Counted from the first letter of the stretch, positions 1 to 14,690 are shown. The stretch: 64,000 bases of DNA from Octopus vulgaris (GCA_951406725.2 OX597818.1:23002001-23066000), one strand, 5' to 3'. Numbers and translations are program-made. The notes: generated from the letters alone by a model not told the origin.

Positions 1-190
1 GAACAGCGAAATCATTAACAGTAATACAAAGAAAAAGAACAGCAGCAGCAGCAGCAGATACATAAAGACTAATAACATCACAAACGATCCAACAATAATC
101 AATATTTGATTAGAACATCGTAATTACTTGCCTTCTTTATTGGCCAATTAAGTTTCCTCAGCCCATGCCATATATGGCCATGGATCCACT

Positions 191-720
<530 letters not shown>

Positions 721-939
721 CAGAATTTTATCGGTGTTTAGTAAATAATTCATTAATTTGAGTGACTCGTGGTTAAATGGTACTAAACAACATCGACAGC
801 AACATCTCACGTTGAAACCATGCTAGAACTGAACTCAGAATCCGACAAATCCTTACATGCACCTAAAGATAGCATGGCTGTCCTACTGGAAGTGAAATTA
901 AATAATATGGCATAAAATACATTCGATCATGCATCATAT

Positions 940-1385
940 GCACAGACGTGGCTATGTGATAAGACGTTTCCTTGTCAACCACATGATTCCGAGTTCAGTC
1001 ACACTACGTGACACCTTGGGCAAGTGTCTTCTCATATAGCCTCCAATAAACCAAAGTCTAGTGAGTCGATTTGGCAGGCAGAAACTCCAAGAAGCCCGTC
1101 ATATACATACATGCATACATGTGTGTGTGTGTGTGTGTGAGTGTGTGTCTTTGTCTTTGTTTCTGTTTTTGGCCTCCGTCACCGCTTGACAACCGGTATC
1201 GGTGTGCTTACGCCTCCGTAACCTGACGTTTCGGCAAAAAGACCGATAAAATAAGTGCCTGTTTCAAAAAGAAAGCTGAAAACAAGTACTGGTAGCGATA
1301 AGTTCGACTAAAAATTCCTCGGGGTGGTGCCCCAGCATGGCTGCAGTCTAAGGACGGAAACAAGTAAAAGATAAAAGATATAAAA
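940..1385 (+). mobile_element. tRNA-derived SINE family A (CORE-like CCTTGGGCAAGTG, internal GT repeat)
   Basis: Homologous to 24600-25005; other copies near 9640(-), 23820, 29760, 49395, 56222, 61075(-). Confidence 0.8.
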
Positions 1386-1853
1386 ATATCAGTAAAGTCA
1401 CGCGTCAAACATTGGAGCGGTACAGCTGGTGACTAGCAATGGAAGCAAGCCAACGAGGAAGCCACCGCTTTTGTAATTCTTAATGTTAGAACTGCTGCCC
1501 CCCTTAGAAGGGCTGGAAGGGGCATTGGAAGGCAAGGGCTGTTGAGTACGGGTTGAGGATGTAAAGGGTGTCGAGATGACGAGAAGGGGACGTTTGAAGG
1601 TGCAAGAGGTATTAAGGGGTGTAAAGGGCGCTGAGGAGGCAAGAGGTGTTGAGGGGGCAAAAGGTATTGGGGGGGGGGGAAGTATTGAAGGAATTGGGGG
1701 TTTCGAGAGGAAAGGCGTTAGGGGATAGAAGCAAAGAAAACAAATTAGTAGCTGCTCGTAAAACTGTCACCCACGTTAAGCGCTGTGGCAATGTGATCTT
1801 ATTTCTTGAATAATATAAAATAAATAAATGATGATATATCTGTGCGTGCGTGC

Positions 1854-1930
<77 letters not shown>

Positions 1931-2354
1931 TGAATATAACTGAGGCACAATAAAATCGTAAAATCTCACGACGAAATCTTACCAGTGCAGTATTGAGTAT
2001 ATCAGATATAACTCTATTCTGTTACCTAAATAAGCTATTAACCAATCTGTCTGATTTGCAAAAAATTTTTCCTAATTAATTTACGAAACATTCAAAATTA
2101 GAAGAGCAATTAAAAAAGAAAGAAAAAAAACATTGTGTCAATATAAATATTTATTTAATTTTAAAGCATTTCAAGACCAAATGTGCAAGCAGCCTATATT
2201 GTCAAAAATGTTCACGTCTACACTAAGATAAGAATATGATAGGTTACGTGTTTCTTACAAATTTTTTATTACTGATGGCTTAACCCTGAAACCCACGCTT
2301 TTTAGCAAATATACAATACAACATCAACAACAATAATCGTTTCCACTATTGGCC

Positions 2355-2891
2355 TACCAGGCTGTGGCTCTCATGGCTTCAGATCTTAACTGATTGGAAG
2401 TGTTAGCATGTACATTATTTTGTCTTGGTATAAAAGATGAGCTACAGCAAATATTCTGCTCAATACCACAGATTTGTTTGTCAGTTGTTTCACCATAACC
2501 AGTTGAGCATGTCCCTTCGTGGCTGACGATATTTGCATTTCTGATCACGAGCAGAATTAGCGGGGGAGCATCATAATCATGTGGGAAAGGAATTCTTTGG
2601 GGTTTGGATAATTCACCTTTGGAAACATAAGTATTTTGTTCAACATCCTTCAAACAGCCCATATTCAGGGACCTTTTGAGCGGGATGGGCTACTCGACCT
2701 GAAGAAAATTTTAACTGGGCCCCACCTGCAATGTCATGCGCTGTTTATCCTGATATGCGATCACCATGTCGCACACATATAGTTGTGATGGATGTGCCTG
2801 GTGTACCCTTATGAGTAGTCATGATGGGTATACTAGGTTTCGTATATTTTACCGTAGTGTCACTTTGATGGTATGCACTGCTCTCTCACTC
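2355..2891 (+). mobile_element. 555-bp element, older diverged copy
   Basis: Colinear homology with many substitutions; same 3' end. Confidence 0.8.
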
Positions 2892-3161
2892 AATAATGAT
2901 GATGATGATGATAATTTCAACTTTTAGCACAAGGCAAGAAATTTCGAGAGAAGGGGCAACTCAATTAGAGCGACACCCAATGTTCAACAAACACTTATTT
3001 TATCGACCCCGAAAGGATGAAAGACAAAGTCGACCTCGGCGGAATTTGAGCTCGGAATGTAAACACGGACGAAATGCCGCTCAGCATTTTGCCTCACATG
3101 CTTAATGATTCTGCTAACTCACTGCCTTAATAATAATAATGTTGATAATAATAATAATAAC

Positions 3162-3245
<84 letters not shown>

Positions 3246-3246
<1 letters not shown>

Positions 3247-4865
3247 TGCTAAATAGAACTGGATGCGGATATAAATGTTACGGCAAAACGATCAGCCACC
3301 TTTTATATATGGATGACCTAAAACTATACGCTGCAAATGACAAACAGCTGGAAACACTATTAAAGACAGTTCATGGATTTACCAAAGAAATAGATATGAA
3401 ATTTGGATTAGAAAAATGCGCCAAAGTAACCATGAAAAGAGGAAAACTAGTTAAGAGTAACAACATCACACTAGATAAAACCAATGAAATAAAAGAATTA
3501 GACCAAAGCCAAACTTACAAATACTTAGGAATCCATGAACTAGATAAGACACAACACACACAAATGAAAGAGAAAATAAAAAAAGAATATTATAGACGAG
3601 TTAGATCAATACTAAAAACAGAGCTCAATGCTAAAAACAAGATAATAGGTATCAACACTTTAGCTGTCCCAGTTATAAGTTACAGCTACAATTTCCTTAA
3701 CTGGACACGAAATGAACTGTCCAAAATAGATAGGAAAACAAGAAAAATACTGACAGGATCTAGGATGCATCACCCAAAATCTGACATAGAAAGACTATAT
3801 ATACAACGTATAGAAGGTGGTAGAGGCCTTATACAGCTGGAAAACTACTATAAAATAACCACCATAGGACTGCAAAAATACCTACTTCAGAAGGAAGGAA
3901 AACTGATCCAGATAGCAGCAAAACACGAGCAAAACAAAAAACTGTTCTCAGTATTTAAGGAAGCTGACAAATACAAACAAGAAATCATACCACCTAATAA
4001 ACACAAAGAAGAAGAAGATGATGAAGAAACAACAAAAGCTATAAAACAAATGAAATCCAAACTAAAAATAGAACAGCAACGAGCCATGATAAAACGATGG
4101 CAAGAAAAGCCCCTTCATGGTAAATACTGCACTAAACTAAACGCAAAAGAAATAGACAAAGAAAAATCCCAGCAATGGTTGAGAAGCTCAGGACTCAAAG
4201 CAGAAACAGAGGGATTTTTAATTGCAGCACAAGACCAAAGCCTCCCCACCAGAAATTACCAAAAACATGTAATGAAAAGAAATATTACAAGTAACTGCAG
4301 AATATGTGGAGATGGACAAGAAACAATAAATCATATTATCTCTAGCTGCCCAGTCCTGGCTAAGAAGGAATATATTCACAGACATGACAGAGTTGGAACC
4401 TACATACATTGGAAGCTATGCCAACATTATAGAATAACAACAGAAAAAAGATGGTATAGGCACACACCAGAAAAGGTCACAGAAAACGAGAAAGCAACCA
4501 TACTCTGGGATATGCCGATACACACAGATAGAGAAATTAAGGCCAACAGACCAGATATAGTTGTCAGAGATCATGAAGAAAAAAAATGCTTTCTAATTGA
4601 TGTATCAATACCGGCAGATGACAACGTGTCTCTAAAAGAAATGGAGAAACTCTCAAAATACAAAGACCTGGAAATAGAGGTAACTAGAATGTGGAACCTG
4701 AAAACAGAAACAATTCCTATCATAGTAGGTGCATTAGGCATGATAAAAAAATATTCAGACAAATACATAACAAAAACACCAGGACTTACAAACACATATA
4801 ACATACAGAAAATTGCACTACTAGGCACTGCATACATCCTACGCAGAACACTTTCCATACAATAA
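3246..4865 (+). CDS. C-terminal part of RT-RLE protein (the poly-N N-terminus in the ORF track is microsatellite artefact)
   Basis: About 540 codons without stops from MLNRTG to TLSIQ*. Confidence 0.88.
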
Positions 4866-4959
4866 CCATCAGAGCATCACAAAAAATCACAGCACATACC
4901 CAAGGCACACAGAGCTGCGCTCGGTAGTGAAGTGAAAGCACGCTATAAAAATAAAACTA

Positions 4960-4962
<3 letters not shown>
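3246..4962 (+). mobile_element. R4/Dong-clade non-LTR retrotransposon, 5'-truncated, inserted in (TAA)n
   Basis: Uninterrupted ORF with RT motifs YMDDLK and YKYLG, CCHC knuckle (CRIC...HIISSC), RHD, RPD..D..K.KY restriction-like endonuclease; ~100 bp 3' UTR; pure (TAA)n on both sides (3129-3245, 4963-5037). Confidence 0.92.
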
Positions 4963-5037
<75 letters not shown>

Positions 5038-5250
5038 CCTTTCTACTATAGACATACGGTCTGAAGTTTTAGAGGGAGGCGACTAGTCGATTACATCAAT
5101 CCCAGTATTTCACTGGTACTTATTTATCGACTTCGAAAGGTTGAAAGGCAAAGTCGATCTCGGCGGAATTTGAACTCAGAACGTAAGATGCACGAAATGT
5201 CGCTAAGCATTTTGCCCGGCGTGCTAACGATTCTGCCAACTAACCACCTT
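5038..5250 (-). mobile_element. tRNA-derived SINE family B with (ATT)n tail
   Basis: Head AAGG..GGCAGAATCGTTAGCACGCCGGGC, B box GAGTTCAAATTCC; other copies 2913-3128(-), 39590-39805(-), 58438-58930(+), 62860-63600(+). Confidence 0.85.
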
Positions 5251-5251
5251 A

Positions 5252-5320
<69 letters not shown>

Positions 5321-5321
<1 letters not shown>

Positions 5322-5875
5322 GCCCTGATGCAGTACCAGGCAGTGGCTCTCATGGCTTCTGATCATAACTGATTGGAAGTGTTATCATGTACATTGTTTT
5401 GTCTTGGTATAAAAGATGGGCTACAGCAAATATTCTGCTCAATACCACAGATTTGCTTGTCAGTTGTTTGACCTTAACCAGTTGAGCATGTCCCTTAGTG
5501 GCTGACGATATGTGCATCTCTGATCACGAGCAGAAGTAGTGGGGGAGCATCATAGCCATGTGTTGAGAGGGATTCTTTGGGGTTTAAATAATTCACCTCT
5601 GGAAACATGGGTGTTTCATTTAACATCCTTAAATAACTCTTATTCAAGGACCTTTTGAGTGGGATGGGCTACTCGACCAGAAGAAAATTCTAACTGGGCC
5701 CCACCTGCAAGGTCATGTGCTGTTTATCTTCATATGAGATCACCATATCGCGCACATATGGTTGTGATGCATGTGCCTGGTGTCCCCTTATCAGACGGGT
5801 AGTCATGATGGGTATACTGGGCTTCGTATATGTTACCCCAGTGTCACTTTGATGGCATGCACTGCTCTCTCACTC
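5321..5875 (+). mobile_element. 555-bp non-coding element embedded in (TAA)n, full-length copy
   Basis: Starts TGCCCTGATGCAGTACC, ends CTCTCACTC-(AAT)n; homologous copies at 2355, 6709 and 14765. Confidence 0.85.
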
Positions 5876-6009
<134 letters not shown>

Positions 6010-6119
6010 TAATAATCAGTGAACTAAGGAAACACCTCTTATTTTTTGAGCACCTTACGGAGTATTCGAGCGGTTCCAAGCAGTGCTATTGCAATACTTC
6101 ATAAAAACAATTAACAAAA

Positions 6120-6278
6120 TCAGAAAATAGCACTACTAGACACCGGACACATCTTACGTAAAACACTATCAATACAGTGAAAATAAGAGCCCCACAACAA
6201 GCCACAGCGCGTACTCAAGGTACATAGAGCTGCGCTCGGTAGTGCAGTAAAAGCACGCGATAAAAATAAAACTACAGA
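6120..6278 (+). mobile_element. Short 3' fragment of a diverged Dong/R4 copy
   Basis: QKIALLDTGHILRKTLSIQ* and 3' UTR homologous to 4805-4962, followed by (AAT)n. Confidence 0.85.
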
Positions 6279-6292
6279 ATAATAATAATAAC

Positions 6293-6352
<60 letters not shown>

Positions 6353-6356
6353 TAAT

Positions 6357-6689
6357 TCGTTTATTGGCCACAAGGGCTAACAAAAATCAATTAAGACATA
6401 AAGGGACAAAACACAGGACGAATGTTACAAAGGGTTTTGTCCGTTTGAAAAAAGTCCGTGTACAAAAGCAGGATAACAACGAAATGTAAGTAACAATTAA
6501 AACTCCCAATAGGGGGAGGCGCTTCGAAAGGTTACTCGTGGAAAAAACCCATAAAAGCCACGGGAGCCTGGTCAAAAGTGGGGTAGAGAGCCCCTTTCCC
6601 CTTTTATATTTCCTTTTAATTTTTTCACAGGTGTATCCTCAGAATTGGTTCGTTCATACTGGCCATTCTTGCGACATTCACCCACCTTT
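6357..6689 (-). mobile_element. 3' end of an L1/Tx1-like LINE
   Basis: Minus strand ORF end RWVNVARMASMNEPILRIHL*; 3' UTR ends GTTAGCCCTTGTGGCCAATAAA, like the end of 37725-38562. Confidence 0.55.
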
Positions 6690-6708
6690 AATAATAATAA
6701 TAATAATA

Positions 6709-7183
6709 GTCTTGGTATAAAAGATGGGCTACAGAAAATATTCTACTCAATACCACAGATTTGCTTGTCAGTTGTTTGACCTTAACCAGTTGAGCATGTC
6801 CCTTAGTGGCTGACGATATGTGCATCTCTGATCACGAGCAGAAGTAGTGGGGGAGCATCATAGCCATGTGTTGAGAGGGATTCTTTGGGGTTTGAATAAT
6901 TCACCTCTGGAAACATGGGTGGTTCTTTCAACATCCTTAAACAACCCTTATTCAGGGACCTTTTGAGCGGGATGGGCTACTCAACCTGAAGAAAATTCCA
7001 ACTGGGCCCCACCTGCAAGGTCATGTGCTGTTTATCTTGATATGAGATCACCATGTCGCGCACATATGGTTGTGATGCATGTGCCTGGTGTACCTTTATC
7101 AGACGGGTAGTCATGATGGGTATATTGGGCTTCGTATATTTTACCCCAGTGTCACTTTGATGGCATGCACTGCTCTCTCACTC
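6709..7183 (+). mobile_element. 555-bp element, 5'-truncated copy
   Basis: Same 3' end plus (AAT)n; lacks the first ~80 nt; (TAA)n upstream. Confidence 0.85.
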
Positions 7184-7209
7184 AATAATAATAATAATAA
7201 TAATAATAA

Positions 7210-7572
7210 TGCTCAACTTGTGCAATAATAATTGATGCTCCATTTGCGTTAGAGTGTGGAAGACACGTTAAGCGTTTTTTTTTCTTTTCTTTTTAGGAGT
7301 GCCTAGTTTTCATTACTACTGGATGACTCAACAGTACTAAGGAATGAAAAAATGTTACTGTTAACTTACTTTCAGGAAACATAAAGAAAGAGAAAGTAAC
7401 TTAAGAGTCATTATTTGCCAGTCATTTTGTAATAGACGCTTTTTAAATGAGAGTTGATATTTCTGCTGTGGAAGAGGTTTTTTTTTTTTTAACTAAAGGA
7501 GATTGTCTTAAAAATATGACAGCTGGGACTGATGGAGCTCCATCGACTCTGCGCTACCACTGTAGATTCCTT

Positions 7573-7606
<34 letters not shown>

Positions 7607-8170
7607 AAAGATAAAAATAAAAAAACAGTGCCGAATGTATTGGCAGAGTAAAGCGTGATTCATCGACAATATTTAGTTGCGAATCACCTTAATGAGCATT
7701 TTATCACCCGTTGCAATATGTCATAAAAGCAATTAACAAAATCAGAAACAAATGTCTCAATGACAAATTTTTCGGTCAATTGTGCGAACACAACAATGAA
7801 GAATTTAATAGCAAGCTATTCCACTTTGAAGTTCTCTGATTGTTGTAGAGCGCCTGTCTGAATCGCTTTTATAGAATTTTTGAACCAAAATTGAAATTCT
7901 TTGAAAGCACAAAATTTTTTTTTTTTCATGCGAGACAATTTGAGGTTTAAAAGTGATATGGCATATATGTCTGATTTTATATTTCAAGTTTTAAAAAAAT
8001 GAATTTGCTGACGCACCGAGATGAACTGTATTTGATTAAAATAAATGCTGTTTAATGTGCATCTAACTAAAGGCTGGTCCTATTCAAATACAACTTGGAG
8101 CATGGAGAATTTTACCAGTTTTCGACTCTTTCTTCGCACAAGAAAAAGACAAAAATACATGATGCTGTCA
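7210..8170 (+). pseudogene. Decayed hAT (Charlie/ZBED-like) transposase
   Basis: Remnants TDGAPS, AINKIR, DKFFGQLCEHNNEEFN, FHFEVL (HTEVRW-like); many disruptions. Confidence 0.6.
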
Positions 8171-8271
8171 TCATAGAAACTTTTATCTTTAACCGCTAAG
8201 TTACGGGGATTTAAACGCAACAACACCGCTTGTCAAGCGGTGATGGGGAGGACAAACATTGGTACAAAGAT

Positions 8272-8304
<33 letters not shown>

Positions 8305-9631
8305 CACCAAGAACCATGCTAATAGCTTAGGAGTGAAATTTAGGGTTTCTCGGTTTTCTGTGAATCAATTTAGATAAAACTTTTCCCAGCTGATTTACAC
8401 ACGATGGCAACACCATTGTTATGTTTTCATTTTTCTGTATAACGTCCGTTCTTTTTCATTTCAGATTCTTCAGTTTTGGGGTGAACCATGCTAATTACGT
8501 TTCTCCTCTTTAAGAACAATGAGACGTGGAAAAGGCCTTAACGATGAAGAAAAGCTTGTCACCATCAAGCAAAGTGCAGAGAAGTTAGGTCATCATGTGG
8601 ACACAGTTAGATGATTCCTGAAGGACCCTTCGCCATGGAAAAAAGCGATCCGATTGTGGGACCTCCAAAACTGTAACAGCTAGGGATTTAAGAAATATTG
8701 GCCGCAAGTTGGGAAATCTGGACAAACAAGCAAAGCCATTTTCACCGTCTCCGAACTTCCTCATGTACCGAAAACCACCAGAAATCGCATCCTCGCGACT
8801 ATGGCTTCCGTGCGAGAATCCTGAAACTGCCACCTTTACGCCCCGTCACAGGAATTTGAGGTCTCAATGGGCCCAAAAGTACATGACGTTAGACATGAGT
8901 TGTGTTCTGTTCACAGATGAAACCAAGGCAACCCTTGACGGACCTGACAGTTGGGCAAATGGTTGGGTCTATTTTGGAGATGAACGCCACCAACGTTTAC
9001 GACGTCAACAACAGGGTGGAGGAGTCATGTTGTGGGCTGGTATCATTGGGGACAGACTTGTTGACCCAGTCAGGGTGCCTGAAGGGGTTAAAGTGACAGC
9101 AGCTGCCAACTGCAATCTCCTGAAGGAGGTCTGGGATCCCTGGCTAGATGACATACCGCTGTCACTTCTAACGAATCTCGTATTCATGCATAACAACACT
9201 CCCTCCAACTGCTAGAATCGCCCAAACATTACTAGGGTCTTACGACATACAAGGTTGATGGTGTGACCGCTAGCATCTCTGGATCTCAACCCAATCGAAA
9301 ATCTTTGGTCCATCATTAAACAAGATGTTTATGCCGATGGACGCCCGTTTACGTTGAAAGATGTCTTGTGGCGACCATCAACGCTACAGCAGAGGTAGTC
9401 CAACCTGCTACTATTAAGAACTTTACAGATTCCATTACTAATAGGGTTTTTGAAGTTATCCGTCAAAATGGCGCTCATATGGCTCAATAATTCATTATGT
9501 CAATAAATGTTATGATATTATTATGGTTTTCTGTTAAATATATACTCAATGTATGCTTAATATGTATCATTACCCTTCGTTTTCTGAGAATCCTAAAATT
9601 CACTTCTAAACTATGAGCGTGGTTCTCTGTG
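8305..9631 (+). mobile_element. Tc1-like (DD34E) transposon with disrupted transposase
   Basis: ~50-bp imperfect TIRs (8305-8355 / 9582-9631); motifs VLFTDE, GGGVMLWAGI, FMHNN, SLDLNPIENLW; frameshifts and stops. Confidence 0.85.
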
Positions 9632-10397
9632 TGTGTGTAAACATACATACATGCGATGGTCTTCTTTCAGTTTCTGTCTACCAAATTCACTCACAAGGCT
9701 TTGGTCGCCCGAGGCTATTGTGTAAGACAGTTGCCAAAGTTTCCGCGCAGTGGGACTGAACCTAGAACGATGTCATTCGGAAGCAAACTTCTTACCACAC
9801 GACCACATCAGTGCCTCAGAATGATTCGAAGTTATTCTTCCTTTGAAGATTCCCGTTAGGCTCTGAGGCTCATTTTCAAGTGTTTAAACCCAAATACAGA
9901 GACTCAATTACAAGAAACATGTACCCGTCTTAGCAAGTTAATGGTGTTTCACGTTTTGGTTCTGCATAATTTTAGACTCTTAGTTCCATATTTAGTCTCA
10001 GCTCCTCATGCCCCAACGTTCTTGTTAACTATTTATTAAAACTCGTTTGTAATATTGAGTCCAGATTTGAAGGCGGCGAGCTGGCAGAAACGTTAGCACG
10101 CCGGGCAAAATGCTTAGCAAGTATTTCGTCTGTCTTTACGTGAATAACATATTTCTTTATTGACTTGTTTAATAGAGGTTTTTCTCTAAATTATATACAT
10201 ATATTATATACTGTGAAATTTAATTTAAAATTGTTATATTGAATTTTTCCCTGTAAGTTTTGGAATTATATTCCCTTCTATTATTATTATAATATCTATA
10301 TATATATATTGGTAGAGATAGAGGATAAAAGAGAGTTGCTGATCAGGGTAAAATGATTTTTTTAAAGTATATCCATCTTTTGCATTCTGTGGTGGTT

Positions 10398-10445
<48 letters not shown>

Positions 10446-10574
10446 TGTGTGTGTGTTTGGTTTGCAAGTTTATTGATGCTGCCGCCGTTGCCACCACCAC
10501 CACCACCATCACTACCACCTCAACCACAGCTACCACCAACAACAACAACAACAACAACACCACCACCACCACTT

Positions 10575-10662
<88 letters not shown>

Positions 10663-11467
10663 AATAATGACTACAACAACAATAATCTGAATACAATTTT
10701 GCCGACAAATTGTTCGCCAAATTGGTGAACTCTGTAATGTTCATGTTGCACCGACTGACCTCGGTTGAGTAGTGGCGTGATATTTGTTATAGCTATGTAT
10801 AATCCCAGGTCAATCCTGATCGAGAAGACCTATGATTAAAGGTATTACATCGGTGTTCACGCCGGTCTTTTATGGGTTGTGTTGGGCTATATGTATTTTC
10901 CAAGGTGTGTTTTTCCATTTTCAAGACGGTAGGAAGGAGATTTTGTTGCTATTTCTTGCATCCATCGAGATGTTCTTCTTAGTCTTGGTGTTGATAGTAG
11001 TGCTAATAAAAAAATATGGTGTCGGCAACATTTTATCTAATGTATGGGGTGGTAGCGGTGGTGGGTTGGTGGTGGTGGGTTGATGGTGATGGTAGTTGTA
11101 GTGGTGGTGGTGGTGGTGGTTGTGGTGGTGGTGGTGGTGGTGGTGGGTTGTTGGTGGTCGTAGTTGTAGTGGTGGTGGCGACGGCGGCGCTTTTGATGAC
11201 AGTGATGTTTATGGTAAGGTGAAGATAGTGTGAGAAATAGTGGTTTAGTAGCAATGGTGTGTTGGCGAAATTGGGGTTGACGTGAGAGTAGTTTGTGTGT
11301 GTGTATGTGTGAAAGAGAGAGAGAGGGGGAGGGAGAGAGAGAGAGAAAGGGAGAGAGTGGTAGAGAGAGAGAGAAAGAAAGAGAGAGTGATAAAGCGAGA
11401 GAAAAACAGAGAAAGAGAGAGAGAATCTGTGTTTGTCTTGTGAGAGAGTGAGAGAAAGAAAGAGAGA

Positions 11468-11523
<56 letters not shown>

Positions 11524-12113
11524 TGGTGATGGCGACAGTAATCACAGTGATAAGTATAAGTCAGTGATTCTCAATCTGATAACAACCAGTCTTCGCTCCA
11601 CAACCCAAAATGGTAAAATATTTTGCTCCCAACCTAACTCCCTCTTTTTTAATGCTATATATATATATATATTTTGTTATTTAAAATAAAGGCTTCGAAA
11701 GGCCAGAATAGAATTGGCACGCCTTTAATGATTAGCTCTAGATTGGTGCTTAGTCCCAGATCATCTGTGATCGAGAAGACGGACCTAAAATGAAAAGCAT
11801 TTCTGTCGTGACCATCCTGTCTTTTCTTTCCTGAACAACCCTGACAACCCACAACCATATTATCCAACGTGTCCTTTTGTAAAACGGTAACGTGATGATT
11901 TGAGAGAGATCCAGCTGCTATTGTTTGCACGCCTAGTGACCACATAGAGTCTCTCTTTCACTGGCTGAACGCTGTAGGCAGTATGCCAAGAATCATAATC
12001 TATATTTGCGATACAATAATTAATTTTGGTGAAGTTGGAGGTGTTGTGTGGTGGTCACGGTCATGGTATGGTATTGTGGTGGTAGTAATAGTAATAGCAG
12101 CAGCAGCAGTGGC

Positions 12114-12170
<57 letters not shown>

Positions 12171-13294
12171 TGTGTGATCGACATAATATGGTGTCGTTAT
12201 AGTTCAGCTTGGTCAAAAGCTGGTCAAAAGCGTTCCAACTATGAACGTCCAGTTTTTTTTGTATCTAGCACTGTATTCCTTTATGTGTTACAGCCCAAAA
12301 ACTATGGCCATGCCAGGCACCGTCATTTAACTACAAAGATGCTTACATCACCTAGGTTTCCCAAAACGATCCCCTATCTAATTACAAGCCAGGCTCGACT
12401 CGTGACTATTTAGTTGAGTGACCGCTTAGAACTCGTGTGACATAGTTATGTTCAATCAGGGCTGATCTAGTACAAATCAACATAAACAATGAATGTTTTT
12501 GACTGTGAAATGAAATTTGCTTGGCCATTCTATTTAGTATATTCCTATAACAGGATAAAATCGACAGTTCGTTTATTTATTTAATTTTTCGAAGATAAGA
12601 AATTTACCAAACCAGTTTTCATATTAACGCTAGTTCAATCGACTTATAGTGATATCCGTTTGGCTGCTGACGATGGGAATATACGTTTGTTATCCTTGAT
12701 TGTCAATTTCTTATATCTTAGTCTTGTTATTCTGATTTGTTCTTCATTCTTGTAAAGTGGAAAGTGTTTGTGGATTCATAGTTTGTGGGGATCACTTACA
12801 TTGGTATTGGTTGGTTTTCTTCACAGGCAATCTAATTAATCTGTGGCGGAAATATTCAACAATCACCCGTTGACATGATTTGTTAGAACATTGCTCGTGT
12901 GATCAACAAGATCCGACCAATCCCGACTTCGCGAGGAATAGGCTCCAGCGGTAGTTTCATCTTATGGCGCGCTTCTTACGACATCGTGGTTACTAGCTAT
13001 GGGATACAGTACGGAGAGGGTTGAGAGACAGCTTAGCATTTAGTATGTGAAACAGCGAAGAAGTGACATAATACCAGGCACAGGAGACAAAATCAGAGCA
13101 GCAGCTAACAACACTAAGCCAATGAACAATCGGTGACCGCAACACAACGACCAGTAGCCAACCTTCTGTCTACAGCTTCAACCACTTAAGCCCAAGAACA
13201 ATTATCTCCAAACTCTCGACAGAAACGACAGTATTTGTGTGTGTGTGTGTGTGTTTGTGTGTGTGTGAGTGCAGGCTCGCGCGCGAAAAGAATT

Positions 13295-13600
13295 TTTTCC
13301 GCCCTTTTCAAGCATAGTCAGGCTCATGGACCCAGTTTCCCGGTTTCTGTGGTATATGTGTTCTCCCCAGCTGGACGGGACGCCAGTCCATCACAGCGTT
13401 AGTCAAGAAACAGGGAGAGAGATTGAGAGAAAGTTGTGGCGAAAGATAACTACAGGGGTCGCCACCACCCACTACCGGAGCCTCGTGGAGCTTTTAGGTG
13501 TTTTCGTTCAATAAACACACACAACGCCCGGTCTGCGAATCGAAACCGCGATCCTCCGATCGCGAGTCCGCTCCCCTAACCACTGGGCCATCGCGCCTCC
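13295..13600 (-). mobile_element. tRNA-derived SINE family C
   Basis: Minus strand head GGAGGCGCGATGGCCCAGTGGTTAG (A box)...GGTTTCGATTC (B box) followed by non-tRNA body. Confidence 0.8.
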
Positions 13601-14091
13601 ACTTTTGTTACTCTGGCAAACAGAAAAGTGAAACACGCAGTTATATTAGTGAAATTTCACTAATATGCTGGCTGAATCGTTAACGTCCTGGACAAAACAC
13701 TTAGTCCATATTCTACGTTCTAAGTTCAACTACCGCCGTGGTCGACTTTGACTTTCATCCTTTTCGGGGTCGATAAATTAATACCAATTGAGTCTTGAAA
13801 TCGATGTAATCTACGAGCGCCTTGTCCTCAGAATTTCAGGCTTTGCGCTTATAATATTGGTGAAGTTTCAGGATCCATTAAATAATATTTCTCTACTCTT
13901 TCTATTGGCTACCGTTTTTGTTGTTGTTGCTGTTTATTTGTTTTTTTGCTCTAACGTGATTGTGTGTATGTGTGCATGTATGTGTGTGTGTGCTGTGTGT
14001 GTATGTGTGTGTGCGCTGCTGTTGTGCGTGTGTGTGTGCGTGTGTGTGTGTGCGTGTGTGTGTGTGCGCGCGTGTGTGTGTTGTGTGTGTG

Positions 14092-14123
<32 letters not shown>

Positions 14124-14271
14124 CTATTGCTGAATGTCCGTAACAGCATTTTTGCAAATGTCATTTGACTCATTGTTCAGATTCACAAACTTACGTACGG
14201 ACAATTTCCATTGCATTTTGTTTGTTCATGAGGGCAATGATGATGATGATGTTGATGATGATGATGGTGAT

Positions 14272-14330
<59 letters not shown>

Positions 14331-14690
14331 GGTGGTGGTGGTGGTGGTAGTGGTGGTGGTGGTGGTGGTGGTTTAACCCTTGAATAAGTCCTGATTGAGC
14401 AGGGGCACACACTCCAGCCGTAACCATTACTGACGGGATGGCCACAACAGGAATTATCTAACGCTTTATCTAATTCATTCTATCCTTTATTTAAAACAGC
14501 GTGAGATGACTGGATTTGGGAATAACTGCTATTTCTAACAGTTCTGATGACCACATTGAGAATTGGTCGTGCGCTGTTGCAACACAGTCGGTTGTTCTTG
14601 TTTAATTGTTTTGTTAATTGCTTTTGTTACCGATTGTATACACGGCATGGTTCAACAATTTCAGCTCTTGCGTCTTTAGTCGAAATTATT

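Noticed and set aside
3105-3245. Poly-Asn N-terminus on the 586-aa ORF
   Set aside because: SINE end plus (AAT)n target in frame by chance
5321-5385. HDV-like ribozyme or U2-derived head at the 5' end of the 555-bp element
   Set aside because: A P1-like pairing (GCCCUGA/UCAUGGC) exists, but P3, P1.1 and J4/2 cannot be built; the U2 resemblance (TGCAGTACC) is too short
13520-13600. tRNA gene
   Set aside because: A and B boxes are present but it continues into a SINE body with no proper acceptor stem
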